Shown: positions 1 through 13,553 of the stretch, in pieces
How the letters are laid out: every line of letters begins with the position of its first letter
Numbering within the stretch: position 1 is the stretch's first letter
Assembly (NCBI GenBank): GCA_951406725.2
Contig: OX597826.1
Location: 1 to 64,000 of the forward strand
DNA length: 64,000 bases
Source of the DNA: Octopus vulgaris
Lineage: Eukaryota
Direction of reading: 5' to 3'
The notes under the pieces: generated by a model
Told to the model about the DNA's origin: nothing
Seen by the model: the letters and a program-made list of their open reading frames with translations, nothing else
Database searches by the model: none
Translations under genes and position numbers: made by a program

Positions 1-1140
1 CTGGCCTGGCCTGGCCTGGCCTGGCCTGGCCTGGCCTGGCCTGGCCTGGCCTGGCCTGGCCTGGCCTGGCCTGGCCTGGCCTGGCCTGGCCTGGCCTGGC
101 CTGGCCTGGCCTGGCCTGGCCTGGCCTGGCCTGGCCTGGCCTGGCCTGGCCTGGCCTGGCCTGGCCTGGCCTGGCCTGGCCTGGCCTGGCCTGGCCTGGC
201 CTGGCCTGGCCTGGCCTGGCCTGGCCTGGCCTGGCCTGGCCTGGCCTGGCCTGGCCTGGCCTGGCCTGGCCTGGCCTGGCCTGGCCTGGCCTGGCCTGGC
301 CTGGCCTGGCCTGGCCTGGCCTGGCCTGGCCTGGCCTGGCCTGGCCTGGCCTGGCCTGGCCTGGCCTGGCCTGGCCTGGCCTGGCCTGGCCTGGCCTGGC
401 CTGGCCTGGCCTGGCCTGGCCTGGCCTGGCCTGGCCTGGCCTGGCCCTGGCCTGGCCTGGCCTGGCCTGGCCTGGCCTGGCCTGGCCTGGCCTGGCCTGG
501 CCTGGCCTGGCCTGGCCTGGCCTGGCCCTGGCCTGGCCTGGCCTGGCCTGGCCTGGCCTGGCCTGGCCTGGCCTGGCCTGGCCTGGCCTGGCCTGGCCTG
601 GCCTGGCCTGGCCTGGCCTGGCCTGGCCTGGCCTGGCCTGGCCTGTGGCCTGGCCCTGGCCTGGCCTGGCCTGGCCTGGCCTGGCCTGGCCTGGCCTGGC
701 CTGGCCTGGCCTGGCCTGGCCTGGCCTGGCCTGGCCTGGCCTGGCCTGGCCTGGCCTGGCCTGGCCCTGGCCTGGCCCTGGCTGGCCTGGCCCTGGCCTG
801 GCCTGGCCTGGCCTGGCCTGGCCTGGCCTGGCCTGGCCCTGGCCTGGCCTGGCCTGGCCTGGCCTGGCCTGGCCTGGCCTGGCCTGGCCTGGCCTGGCCT
901 GGCCTGGCCTGGCCTGGCCTGGCCCTGGCCTGGCCCTGGCCTGGCCTGGCCTGGCCTGGCCTGGCCCTGGCCTGGCCTGGCCTGGCCTGGGCCTGGCCTG
1001 GCCTGGCCTGGCCTGGCCTGGCCTGGCCTGGCCCCTGGGCCTGGCCTGGCCTGGCCTGGCCTGGCCTGGCCTGGCCTGGCCTGGCCTGGCCTGGCCTGGC
1101 CTGGCCTGGCCTGGCCTGGCCTGGCCTGGCCCTGGCCTGG
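1..1140. repeat. (CCTGG)n pentamer array at the sequence terminus; telomere-position repeat, possibly a base-calling artefact of (CCCTAA)n
   Basis: Near-perfect CCTGG tandem with occasional CCCTGG units that increase toward 1140, then interleave with CCCTAA units. Confidence 0.95.
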
Positions 1141-1437
1141 CCCTAACCCAACCCCCCCCTGGCCTGGCCCCCTAACCCAACCCCCTAACCCTAACCAACC
1201 CACCCTAACCCTAACCCTAACCCCCTAACCCCAACCCTAACCCTAAACCCCAACCCTAAACCCTAAACCCAACCCTAACCCCAACCCCAACCCTAAACCC
1301 AACCCTAACCCCTAACCCCTAACCCTAACCCTAACCCAACCCAACCCCAACCCTAACCCTAACCCCTAACCCTAACCCTAACCCAACCCTAACCCTAACC
1401 CTAACCCAACCCTAACCCAACCCAACCCAAACCCTAA
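1141..1437. repeat. Degenerate telomeric repeat (CCCTAA)n, i.e. TTAGGG on the minus strand
   Basis: CCCTAA, CCCAA and CCCCTAA units; a C-rich plus strand is the correct polarity for a left chromosome end. Confidence 0.92.
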
Positions 1438-1439
1438 TG

Positions 1440-1770
1440 AAATTACATGTAAGGGAAGTAACTCTGGAAAATTTTGTACCTATTTCCCTTTCTAGAGTTA
1501 CTTCCCTTGAATATTATAATTTAATAATAAAATGCAATGGGAGTAACTCTAGGAAGGGAGATAACTGGAAAAAATCTTCCAGCGTTCCCTCCCTTAGATC
1601 TAATTAAATTATTATTATGCATTACTAAATTGTAATGTTCAAGGGGAGTAACTCTTGAAAGGGAGATGACTAAAAAATCTTCAAAAGTTACTTCCCTTAC
1701 ATTTAATTACATAACGACTATCATCAAAATGTATTATGGAAGCTAATTAACTCTACAATATAATGTTCAG
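1440..1770. repeat. Telomere-adjacent foldback repeat module (GGGAAGTAACTCT / AGAGTTACTTCCC)
   Basis: Alternating direct and inverted copies of a ~13-bp motif; related modules at ~6205-6400, 10745-10935, 14125-14170 with 14665-14780, 51305-51345 and 59675-59715. Confidence 0.7.
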
Positions 1771-2039
1771 ACGTAACGCATACACTTTTACTTGTTTAGT
1801 CATTTCACTGTGCCAATGCTGGAGCACAGCTTTTTCTAGAACAAATCGACACTAGGACTTTTATCTACGTCAGTCTAGTATTAATTCTGTTGGTCTTCTT
1901 TTCCCGAACGGATAAGTTAATGGAGTGTAAAAAACACCGGCATTGGTTGTCAAGTGGTTTTGGGGACACCGAAACATACACACATATACATATATATAAA
2001 TATCTATATGTATATACATGTTTCTCTCTATATGTATAT

Positions 2040-3800
2040 ATTGCAGAAACAATACTGCTGTCTTTAGTGTTCCCACTGATATTGACGTAAGAGAAGCGAA
2101 TGAAGTTGACTCCCAACACAAAATTGCAGACATAACCTTCACTCCCACTGACATCGTAGCAGCAATAAATGGGCTCAAATACTACTCTGCTGTAGGCCCT
2201 GATAGATTCCCCGCTAGTCTCCTGAAGGAATGTAAACACCAACTTGCAGTCCCACTGACCAACCTCTGGAGAAATTCGTTATATACCAAAACAGTTTCTA
2301 TCCCAGTCAGTCATCCCGGTTTTCAAACAGGGAAACAGATCCCTCGCACTCAACTATCGCCCAATCTCACTCACCTCCCACATCATCAAAGTGTTTGAAA
2401 GAGTGTTAAGATCAAGGATGGCTGACTTCCTGGAGACCCAGAAACTCCTAAATGCAAATCAGCATGGCTTTCGCTGTGGCAGGGACTGTCTAATACAGCT
2501 CTTACACCACATTGAAGATGTACTCAAAGCCTTGGGAACAGGTTCGAACTCTGACGTCATATATCTTGACTTCAGTAAAGCGTTCGACAGGGTAGACCAT
2601 AATATCCTACTCTCAAAATTGGCAAATGTTGGAATCCGTGGAAAAGTTCTACACTGGATCAAGTATTTCCTGGCGAATAGAACACATGTTGTAGTTGATG
2701 GAGTCCACTCAAGCCCAGCAAAAGTCACCAGCGGTGTCCCCCAGGGGACTGTCTTGGGTCCGCTACTCTTCATAATCAACATAAACGACCTTTCCAGTGT
2801 CGTACATTACTGCAAAGTGAAAATATTTGCTGATGACACCAAGCTCCACCAAATCGTCAATGAAGAAGCAGACCGAACTCAACTCCAGTCTGATCTATAT
2901 GCTGTGAGTCAATGGGCAAACAGAAACAAAATGCAACTGAACGAGGAAAATTTGAGCTGATGCATTTTGGAAGAAACTCCTCACTAAAACAGCCATACTC
3001 TCGTCCTTCAGAGGAACCGCTCACAGCTTCTAACAATATCAGAGACCTGGGTGTAATTGTTGATGACGATCTCAGTTGGAGTGCACACATCAACAAGAAG
3101 GTCGATATAGCTCGTAGGATGAGTTCCTGGATCTTAAGAACTTTCCGGTCCAGGGAACACGGTGTCATCATACCACTTTTTTCCTCCTTTGTACGGCCAC
3201 ACCTTGAATACTGCTGCCCACTGTGGTCTCCTCACACAAGACAAAACATCTCCAGAATTGAGTCACCCCAGAGGGCACTCACTAAACTGGCTGCTCTCGA
3301 TTATTGGGATCGCCTTAAAGCCTTGAAATTTTACTCCCTCCAGCGTCGCCGTGAGCGGTACATCATTTGTACGATGTGGAAAATATGCCGCCAACTATGC
3401 CCAAACGACCTAAACATTAGCTTCAAGGTTCATCCAAGACTTGGACCACGGGCTATACGTCCCCTGCCCAATACAAGATCACAACATACATGTACACTGC
3501 AACATAATTTCTTTTCCTCAACAGGCCCTGCCCTATTTAACATTGTCCCGAGAGAGATCAAAGAGGAAAAGGATCCCATCAAGTTTAAACAGAGTCTGGA
3601 TAGATTCCTTCAAAGAATACCAGATAAGCCACCCATAATTGGATATAACTCACCCAACAAGAACTCACTACTTGAACAAAACTTGACTTAAACAAAACTT
3701 GACTTAAACAGGATTCGAATAATCCTATCAGGTGGTGCTATTAAGTTAGACATGGCCTCGACCAATCTTTGGTCGAAACATATCTGATTTTATCTAAGTT
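2040..3800 (+). mobile_element. 5'-truncated CR1-clade LINE, frameshifted ORF2 (RT plus C-terminal domain)
   Basis: ORFs 2018-2398, 2391-2960 and 2912-3691 with GPDRFP, QHGFR, YLDFSKAFDRVDH, SGVPQGTVLGPLLF, FADD, RPHLEYC and LQRRRER; 3' UTR motif GGTGCTATTAAGTTAGACATGGCCT shared with the 47.8-kb copy. Confidence 0.92.
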
Positions 3801-3825
3801 TATATATATCTGATATATCTTTATA

Positions 3826-3861
<36 letters not shown>

Positions 3862-3869
3862 TACCAATC

Positions 3870-4526
3870 TATCTTCTTCGAGCACATCGTCAGCAGCACT
3901 TATTCTTTCTAAGCCTAGTATTTATTCTAACATATTCTTTTCTGCCGAGCCGCTGAAATACAGGGAGGAAAACACACCAGCATCATTTGAAAAATCTACT
4001 ATAGCCCCAAGCCGACCAAAGCCTTGTGATTGGATTTGGTGGAAGGAAACTGGAAAACTCCAGTCATATATATGTTTATATATGTGTGCGTGTGTCTGTT
4101 TGTCCCCAAACATTGCTACACAACGGATGCTAGTCTGTTTACGTCCCCATAACTTAGAGGTTCAGCGAAAGAGACTGATAGAATAAGTTCTAGGCCTACA
4201 AAGAATAAGTCCTGGGGTCGATATGCTCGACTAAAGGTGGTGCTGCAACATGGCCACAGTCAAATGACTGAAACAAGTAAATGAGAGTAAAAGAGTAAAT
4301 AACGAGAAAAGTCTATGACCTGTTCACTAGGGAGATAGCAGAAAATATCTCCTTGAGTTACTTCTCTAACGTCATATAATACGTGTCATGTTGTAATATC
4401 TGTAATAAAGTAATATATGTAATAATGACATAATCAAGTTTCTTTTTTTGTTTTATATAGTATATATGCGTATGTGGGTATATACACGTATATCTGTAAG
4501 TATATATATATATATATACATACATA

Positions 4527-4560
<34 letters not shown>

Positions 4561-5872
4561 GATACTAGAGCGCCGCCTTTAATCGATCACATCGTCCGCA
4601 GCACTTCTTTGTAAGCCTAGTATTTATTTTAACATGTTCTCTTTTGCCGAACCGCTAAAATACAGGGAGTAAAACACACCTGTATCGGTTAAAAGCATCA
4701 ACAACTACAGTCAATCGAAGATAATGACCAAACTGTCTACTCTTATCCACCAGTTCCAACACGATTTAACCAAAAAGGAGACAAATTGCTTGACTAGATT
4801 TCACTGCAAAGCCAGTAACATCTGTGAACTTCCCAAAATCTACAAAAGTTAAGCCATAAACAAAACCTGTAACAAGTTAACTTCTATAGTTATAAATATT
4901 CCACACCCGAGAGATCTCCGAATGATGCCAATTATGGCCAATCCAGGTATGTAGATACGGGAGGCATTGGGTGCTTAACACTCGCAAATCTGAATTCGCT
5001 AAAGGTGCAATAAATTGAACTTCTTTTCATTTAGAACTTAGGGATCTGCAAATGTGGGTATCTTAGAGATGCTTAAAGTGTTTGTTGTAGCTGTAATTGT
5101 CGCACACACACAAACGAATAAAAACAGTCGCTTACACACACGTACACACAGAAATAAAAACATTCACATAAAAACAAACACTGAAATGAAAATACCAATA
5201 CACACACACAAATAAAAACAGTCCCACGCACACAAACACTGAAAAAAAAATTCTCACAAAAACACTCACATACGCACAAAGACAAACACAAATGAAAATA
5301 CACAGCTACATATTCACACACTCAAACACGCGGACAAACACAGAAATGAAAACAGTTACATACCTACACATGCACAAACACAGACACACACAAATAGAAA
5401 TGAAAAATACAGTAACACATCCAAACTCTCACACACTAACATACGCACAAACACACACACACACACAAACATACGCACCCACACACAGAAATGAAAACGC
5501 AGTTACACACTCACACATAAAACCCTAACCCTAACTAGCACAAACATACAATTTATTCAGAATGTAGAGGGGTATTGGGTGCTTTGCACTCGCAGTTAGA
5601 ATATCATCTCCCTCCACGCCAGTATGAGAATTTCTTTCGTCCACTTGTGAAATTAATACATTGACGACACATGGGGAAAATATGAGCAACATCTCAAGTC
5701 ACTAAAGGTGCAATAAATTGAACTTATTTTGATTTAGTAGTTAGTGATCTCAAATGTGGGTATCTTAGAAATGGTCAAAGTGCTTGCTGCATTTGTAAGT
5801 GTCGCACACACACAAACAAATAGAAACACTCAGTCGCTCACACACTCGCGCACACAGAAAAAAAAGCACTCT

Positions 5873-5904
<32 letters not shown>

Positions 5905-6540
5905 CTGAAATGTACCACACACAATAAGTATATCAAAATAGTTTCTAGTATTTTTCCTAGCCCATAATTTATGATAATTGAAGTTCTTACAGTAAATAAA
6001 TACCTACTAAATCAGTAAATCGAACATTACATCCACGTAACTTATCGTTTCTGCAAATGAGACCTATACGTTAAGTAATAGGCATACAAAGAACAATTGC
6101 TGATGTTGATTTGCTTCACTAAAGGCGGTGCTCCACCATGGTCACAGTGAAATAACTGAAAGAGTCTACGAGCGACAAAGTCTATATTACGATAACTACA
6201 TACTTAAGGGAAATAACTACAAAGTATCTTCTACAGTTACTTCCCTTAAGTATTAAAATATAACAATAATAAAAGATTATTTAGGGAAATTAACTCTCGG
6301 AAGGGAGATAACTAGATAACATCTTCCAGAGTTACTTTCCTTACATATAATTATACTACTTTTATTTAAATTATAATACGCAGGGGAAATAACTCTCGAA
6401 AATATTATTCAGACATGACAGACTTTTACGATTTATTGGAGTTTAACTGCTCTCTCTAGTGAGTCGGATGTCCCATTATGGCCATCCCTTATATGTTTAA
6501 ATATCTAAATGTATATACATAAATCTGTCAATATATACCT

Positions 6541-6581
<41 letters not shown>

Positions 6582-8340
6582 ATATATACATATTATATAC
6601 ATATATATATACACCTATCTATATACGACGGGCTACTATCTGTTTCCGTGTACCAAATCTACTCAGAAATGTTGGTCTGTCCGAAGCTATATTGGAAGAG
6701 ACTTGCCCATGGGTCCACGTAGTTGGACTGAACCAGAATCACCGTGTTTGGAAAGGAAGCTACATACCACAGCCACTCTTACTGCTATATATATATATAT
6801 ATACGACAGTCTTCTTTTAGTTTCCGTCTCCCAAATCAACTCGGAAGGCTTTGGCCGGACTGAGACTATAGTAGAAGACATTTTCCCAACATGCCACCCA
6901 GTGGGACTGAACTCGGAAACATTTGTTAGGTAAGCAAGCTAATTCCCATTCAGACACTACTGTTTGTTAACCGGACAATTTCAAGGTGAGCCCTAATTGT
7001 TTGTATGCAAATGAGTTCATTAATGGGGTCCGGAACTTTCACGGCTGGTTCCCATAAGACAATGCAACCACCTTGGGTATAGGTGGTCTGTGCTCACACA
7101 CGCACAAACACCTACACGTCCGCACCCACGAATATAGATACATGCAAAGACGCAATCTCGTACCTATTTATGTTTTAAATATGTTGAGCTTAAAACTGCG
7201 ACATTCTGGAAACACACGTCCGCACTCATGCACATAGAGACATGCATATACGCAAACTCGTAGCTATTTATGTTTTAAACATGTTGACCTTTAAACCGTG
7301 ACATTCTGTGTCTGTTTGTGCGCGCATTTCTGTGAGAATGATTGCTTACGAAACGCAATGCGATGAGTTCAAACCAACAGCGTTGCACCTTCGGTAAGTG
7401 TATTCAACTATAGCCTTGGGCCGACCAAAGTATTCTGAGTGAAGTTGGTAGAGGGAAACTGAAAGAAGCCCGTCGTATATATGAATATCGGCGTAGCAAT
7501 GGCTATGTTGTAAGTAGTTCGCTTGCGAATCACATGGTTTGGTGTTCACTCCCACTGCCTGTCATCTTATGCAATTGTCTACTACTGTACCCCAAGGCCG
7601 ACCTAATCCTTGTGATTGGATTTAGTGGAAGGAAACTGAAAAAATACCATCGTATATATGTTTAAATGTGTGCGTGTGTGTGTGTTTGTTCGCACTCGAA
7701 GGGCACACGAGAATGCACGCATGTACTATCACACATACAGATGCAAGTTTTCTTAATAAAACGGAAAGAACTCCCGTTCCATCCCTTACAGTTTTTTTTG
7801 TTTTAGACACTACATATACGTGCGTGGGTATATACACGTATATCTGTATGTGTATGTCTGGGTAAAACAGACTTTCGTGGTTGGGTCACATTAGCCGATG
7901 CGACAACCTTGGGTATGTGTGGACTGTGCTCTCACACACGCACAAATACCCACACTTCCGCACTCATGCACATAGATACATGCAAAGCTATTTCATGTTT
8001 TAAATATGTTGACCTTAAAACCGTGACACTCTGAAGAAATTTTATGAGTGTGTGGGTCAGCCAATATGTGTGCTTTCATCTCTGTGTCTGTTTGCGCTCG
8101 CGCATGTGTGTGAGAGTGTTTGCTCACCAACCTCAATGTGCTGGGTTCAATCCAACAGCGTGGCACCTTCGGCAAGTGTATTCAACTATACCCCCGGGCC
8201 GACCAATGTATTCTGAGTAGGGTTGGTAGAGGGAAACTGAAAGAAGCCCGTCGTATATATGAATATCGTCGCAGGAATGGCTGTGGTAAGTAGTTTACCT
8301 ACGAACCACATGGTTTCAGTTTCATTCCCACTGCCTCTCA
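3870..8340 (+). repeat. Subtelomeric duplicon copy 1 (~4.5-kb mosaic of SINE pieces, Penelope fragment, ACAC/GAAATGAAA tract and foldback module)
   Basis: Collinear anchors with copy 2 at ~4.5-kb offset (4148/8641, 6481/11016, 7730/12241). Confidence 0.85.
4700..4946 (+). pseudogene. Penelope-like element RT N-terminal fragment; other copies at ~9336-9580, 44415-44660, 55562-55690 and partially 52843-52948
   Basis: Manual translation of the copies gives ...LTKKETNCLTRFDCKASNIYGLPKI(Y/H)KS...PHPRDLRMRPIMA, matching the Penelope RT YGLPKIHK...RPI signature; in-frame stop in three copies. Confidence 0.7.
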
Positions 8341-8635
8341 TCTTGTCCAATTGTCTTCTAAACCTAAACCTAACCCTAATCCATTCCAGCCTATTATTAT
8401 TCAAACACTATTTACGTATGCTAATGTTAAATTGTATTAGTATCAATCAACGGATGTAACTCTTGTCAAGTAAGGGATGTAGAGGGAGTTACTTTCCTTG
8501 GTTTGAGATTCATTTTTATATTTAAGTTTAAATGCCAAAGGAATATGAAACTGGGTTAGATCTGTGTATTTCCATTTCTGTGTGTGCGACTACGTACTTT
8601 TATATACATGTGTGTGTGTGTGTGTATATGTCTAG

Positions 8636-9140
8636 GACCCCATAACTTAGAGGTTCAGCGAAAGAGACTGTTAGAATAAGAACTAGGCCTGCAAAGAATA
8701 AGTCCTGAGGTCGATATGCTCGACTGAAGGTGTTGTTTCAGCATGGCCAGTTAAATGATTGAAACAAGTAAATGAGAGTAAAAGAGTAAATAGCGACAAA
8801 AGTCTATAACCTGTTCACTAGGGGGATAGCTGAAAATATCTCCTAAACGTCATATAATTCGTTTCATATCGTAATTTCTGTAATAGGTGTGGTCGTTTTA
8901 CGCCAGCGAAAGGAGACACGACCATGCGCACACCAACAGAGACACGTACACATCCAAGTAATCTGCTGGTACCTTTAACAAATAAACATTGACTAGCTGA
9001 TCATTTACATTTCACTACACCCCACAAATATATAAAGTAATAATGTTATCTAGTACTACTCTTCGGACATAATCAAGTTTCTTTTTTGTTTTAGATTATA
9101 TATATGTGTGTGTGGGTATATATACGTATATATGTATGTG

Positions 9141-9192
<52 letters not shown>

Positions 9193-11083
9193 TATACTGG
9201 AGCGCCGCCTTTAATCGATCACATCGTCCGCAGCACATATTCTTTGTAAGCCTAGTATTTATTCTAACTTATTCTCTTTTGCCGAACCGCTAAAATACAG
9301 GGAGTCAAACACACCTGTATCGGTTAAAAGCATCAACAACTACAGTCAATCGAAGATAATGACCAAACTGTCTACTCTTATCCACCAGTTCCAACACGGT
9401 TTAACCAAAAAGGAGACAAATTGCTTGACTAGATTTGACTGCAAAGCCAGTAACATCTATGGACTTCCCAAAATCTACAAAAGTTAAGCCATAAACAAAA
9501 CCTGTAACAAGTTAACTTCTATAGCCATAAATATTCCACACCCGATAGATCTCCGAATGAGGCCAATTATGGCAAATCCAGGTATGTAGATACGGGGTGA
9601 TTAACACTCGCAAATCTGAAGTCGCTAAAGGTGCAATAAATCGAACTTCTTTTCATTTAGAACTTGGGGATCTGCAAATGTGGGTATCTTAGAGATGTTT
9701 AAAGTGTTTGTTGTAGCTGTAATTGTCGCATACAAACAGACGCTCACACACACGTATACACAGAAATAAAAACATTCACACAAACACAAACACTGAAATG
9801 AAAACAGTTACATACCTACCCATGCACACACACAAACATACGCACCCACACAAACATACGCACCCACACACAGAAATGAAAACGCAGTTACACATTCACA
9901 CATAAAACCCTAACCCTAACTAGCACAAACATACAATTTATTAAGAATGTAAAGGGGCATTGGGTGCTTTGCACTCGCAGTTAGAATATCATCTCCCTCC
10001 ACGCCAGTATGAGAATTTCTTTCGTCCACTTGTGAAATTAATACATTGACGACACATGGGAAAAATATGAACAACATCTCAAGTCACTAAAGGTGCAATA
10101 AATTGAACTTATTTTGATTTAGTAATTTGTGATTTCAAATGTGGGTATCTTAGAAAATGGTCAATGTGTTTGTTGTAGTTGTAAGTGTCGCACACACACA
10201 AACAAATAGAAACACTCAGTCGCTCACACAAACAAATAGAAACACTCTGTGATTTCAAATGTGGGTATCTTAGAAAATGGTCAATGTGTTTGTTGTAGTT
10301 GTAAGTGTCGCACACACACAAACAAATAGAAACACTCAGTCGCTCACACAAACAAATAGAAACACTCAGTCGCTCACACACTCGCGCACACAGAAATAAA
10401 AACACTCACACACAAACACTGAAATGAAAATACCAACACTCACATAAATAAAAACAGTCCCACACACACAAGGAGCCCCAATAGGTCTATCAAAAAAGTT
10501 TCTAGTATTTTTCCTAGCCCATAATTTATGATAATTGAAATTATTACAATAAATAAATACCTACTAAATCAGTACATCGAACATTACGTCCCCGTAACTT
10601 ATCGGTTCTGCAAAATAGACCTATACATTAAGTAATAGGCATACAAAGAACAATTCCTGGGGTTGATTTGCTTGACTAGAGGCGGTGCTCCACCATGGTC
10701 ACAGTGAAATAACTGAAAGAGTCTACGAGCGACAAAGTCTATATTACGATAACTACAAAGTATCTTCTACAGTTACTTCCCTTGAATATTATAAGTTTAC
10801 AATAAAAAGTTAATACGCGGGGCAATTAACTCTCGGAAGGGAGATAACTAGATAACATCTTCCAGAGTTACTTTCCTTACATATAATTATATTACTTTTA
10901 ATAAGTTATAATGAGCAAGAGGAAGTAACTTTCGAATATATTATTCGAACATGACAGACTTTTACGATTTATTGGAGTTTAACTGCTCTCTCTAGTGGGT
11001 CGGATGTCCCATTATGGCCATCCCATATATGTTTAAATATCTATATGTATATACATATATCTGTCAATATATACCTATGTATA

Positions 11084-11132
<49 letters not shown>

Positions 11133-12362
11133 CTATCTATATACGACGGGCTACTTTCTGTTTCCGTATACCAAATCTACTCAGAAACGTTGGTCTGTCC
11201 GAGGCTATATTGGAAGACACTTGCCTATGGGACCAAGTAGTTCGACTGAACCAGAAACACCGTGTTTGGAAGGAAGCTACATACCACAGCCACTCTTACT
11301 GCTACATATATATATATATATATACGACAGTCTTCTTTTAGTTTCCGTCTCCCAAATCCACTCAGAAGGCTTTGGCCGGCCTGAGACTATAGTAGAAGAC
11401 ATTTTCCCAACATGCCACCCAGTGGGACTGAACTCGGAAACATTTGTTAGGTAAGCAAGCTAATTCCCATTAAGACACTACTGTTTGTTAACCGCGCAAT
11501 TTCAAGGTGAGCCCTAATTGTTTGTATGCAAATGAGTTCATTAATGTGGTCCGGAACTTTCACGGCCGGTTCTTATAAGACAATGCAACCACCTTGGGTA
11601 TAGGTGGACTGTGCTCACCCACGCACAAACACTCACACGTCCGCACCCACGAATATAGATACATGCAAAGACGCAATCTCGTACCTATTTGTTTTAAATA
11701 TGTTGACCTTAAAACCGTGACATTCTGAAAACACACGTCCGCACTCATGCACATAGATACATGCATATACGCAAATTCGTAGCTATTTATGTTTTAAACA
11801 TGTTGACCTTTAAACCGTGACATTCTGTGTCTGTTTGTGCGCGCATTTCTGTGAGAATGATTGCTCACGAACCGCAATGTGCCGAGTTCAAACCAACAGT
11901 GTTGCACCTTCGGCAAGTGTATTCGACTATAGCCTAGGGCCGACCAATGTATTCTGATTGGAGTTTGTAGAGGGAAACTGAAAGAAGCCGTCGTATATAT
12001 GAATATCTACGTAGGAATGGCTATGTTGTAAGTAGTTTGCTTACGAACCACATGGTTTCGGGTTCATTCCCACTGCCTGTCATCTGCAATTGTCCACTAT
12101 TGTAGCCCAGGGCCTAGCTAATCCTTGTGATGGGATTTAGTGGAAGGAAACTGATAGAATCTCGTCGTATGTGTGTGTGTGTGTGTGTGTGTGTGTTTGT
12201 TCGCACTCGAAGGGCACACGAGAATGCACGCACGTACTATCACACATACAGATGCAAGTTTTCCTAATAAAACGGAAAGAACTCCCATTCCATCCCTTAC
12301 AGTTTCTTTTTTGTTTTAGATTCTACATATACGTGTGTTGGTATATTCACGTATATCTGTAT
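8636..12362 (+). repeat. Subtelomeric duplicon copy 2
   Basis: Collinear with 4145-7850; contains a private 120-bp tandem duplication (10128/10248). Confidence 0.85.
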
Positions 12363-12371
12363 ATATATATA

Positions 12372-12423
<52 letters not shown>

Positions 12424-12478
12424 TATATATACATATAAATATATATATACATATAAATATATATATACATATAAATAT

Positions 12479-12512
<34 letters not shown>

Positions 12513-13518
12513 TTCGCGGTCCGACGTCTCCAGTGCGAGCAGTGGCGTGCCTCAAGGTTCAGTGCTTGGGCCCTTGTTGTTCTTAGTCTTCATAAATGAC
12601 TTGCCCGACGACCTCACGCAACACACCCTTCTATTTGCCGACGATATCAAACTGGTCGCTCCTCGCGGTAGTATAGAGGATCTTCGTCGATGCCTCCACC
12701 AAATTTGGAAGTGGTCTAACGATTGGGACCTGTGTCTGAACGTGTCAAAGTGCTGTCATCTGCCTGTCGGCTCTACTCCTGCAACTCAACTTGATTTCGA
12801 GCCGGGTCGTCTGCTGCTGGAGAGGACCGATCAGGTAAAGGACCTGGGTATCTTGGTGGATTCCTCCTTTTCGCCTTCGGCCCAGTGCGTCCATGCTGCC
12901 AACAAAGCGCGCGGAATTCTGTTTTTGATTCGACGGTCATTCGGAATGCTCACAGCAGCCATATTCCTGCCACTCTATGTCACGCTGGTGAGACCCATAT
13001 TGGAGTATGGGATTCAAGCCTCTTCTCCTTATCTCCTCAAAGACATACAGCACCTCGAAAGAGTCCAGGGGCTGGCTACCCGCATGGTTCATGGTCTCAA
13101 AAAGTTGTCCTACGAAGAAAGGCTGAGGACGCTCGACCTTTGTTCTCTTGAAAAACGCCGCCGCCGTGGTGATCTCATTCTCGCCCACAACATCATAAGC
13201 GGGAAGTGTAACCTCTCGAAAGAGCTGTTCTTCACTCCTGCTCCGGAGCGTCGGCTGTGGGGTCATTCCGAAAAGCTCTACCTGCGACGATTTCATCTCA
13301 ATCGAAGGAGAGGAGCTTTCTCCGTCCGGGTTGCGGATCCGTGGAACAAGCTGCCAGACGAGATGGTGAAGATGCCGACGACCGCTTTGTTCAAAGCCTC
13401 CCTGGACCTCAAGTGGCCTGAACTCTTTACATGAACACCACCCTGTACTTAACTCCATGTCCCCCTACATGGCCTTGCTATTTGCTTTTGAGCCAAATTA
13501 ACTAACTAACTAACTAAC
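12513..13518 (+). mobile_element. 5'-truncated CR1-clade LINE with (TAAC)n tail
   Basis: ORF 12547-13434 with [24 protein letters not shown] and SLEKRRRRGDLI; tail TTAACTAACTAACTAACTAAC; (TA)n on both flanks. Confidence 0.92.
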
Positions 13519-13520
13519 AT

Positions 13521-13553
<33 letters not shown>

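Noticed and set aside
645-1175. 176-aa PGLAW-repeat ORF
   Set aside because: Pure translation of the stop-free CCTGG pentamer
12937-13458. 173-aa minus-strand ORF and similar antisense ORFs over LINEs
   Set aside because: Shadow frames of retrotransposon coding sequence
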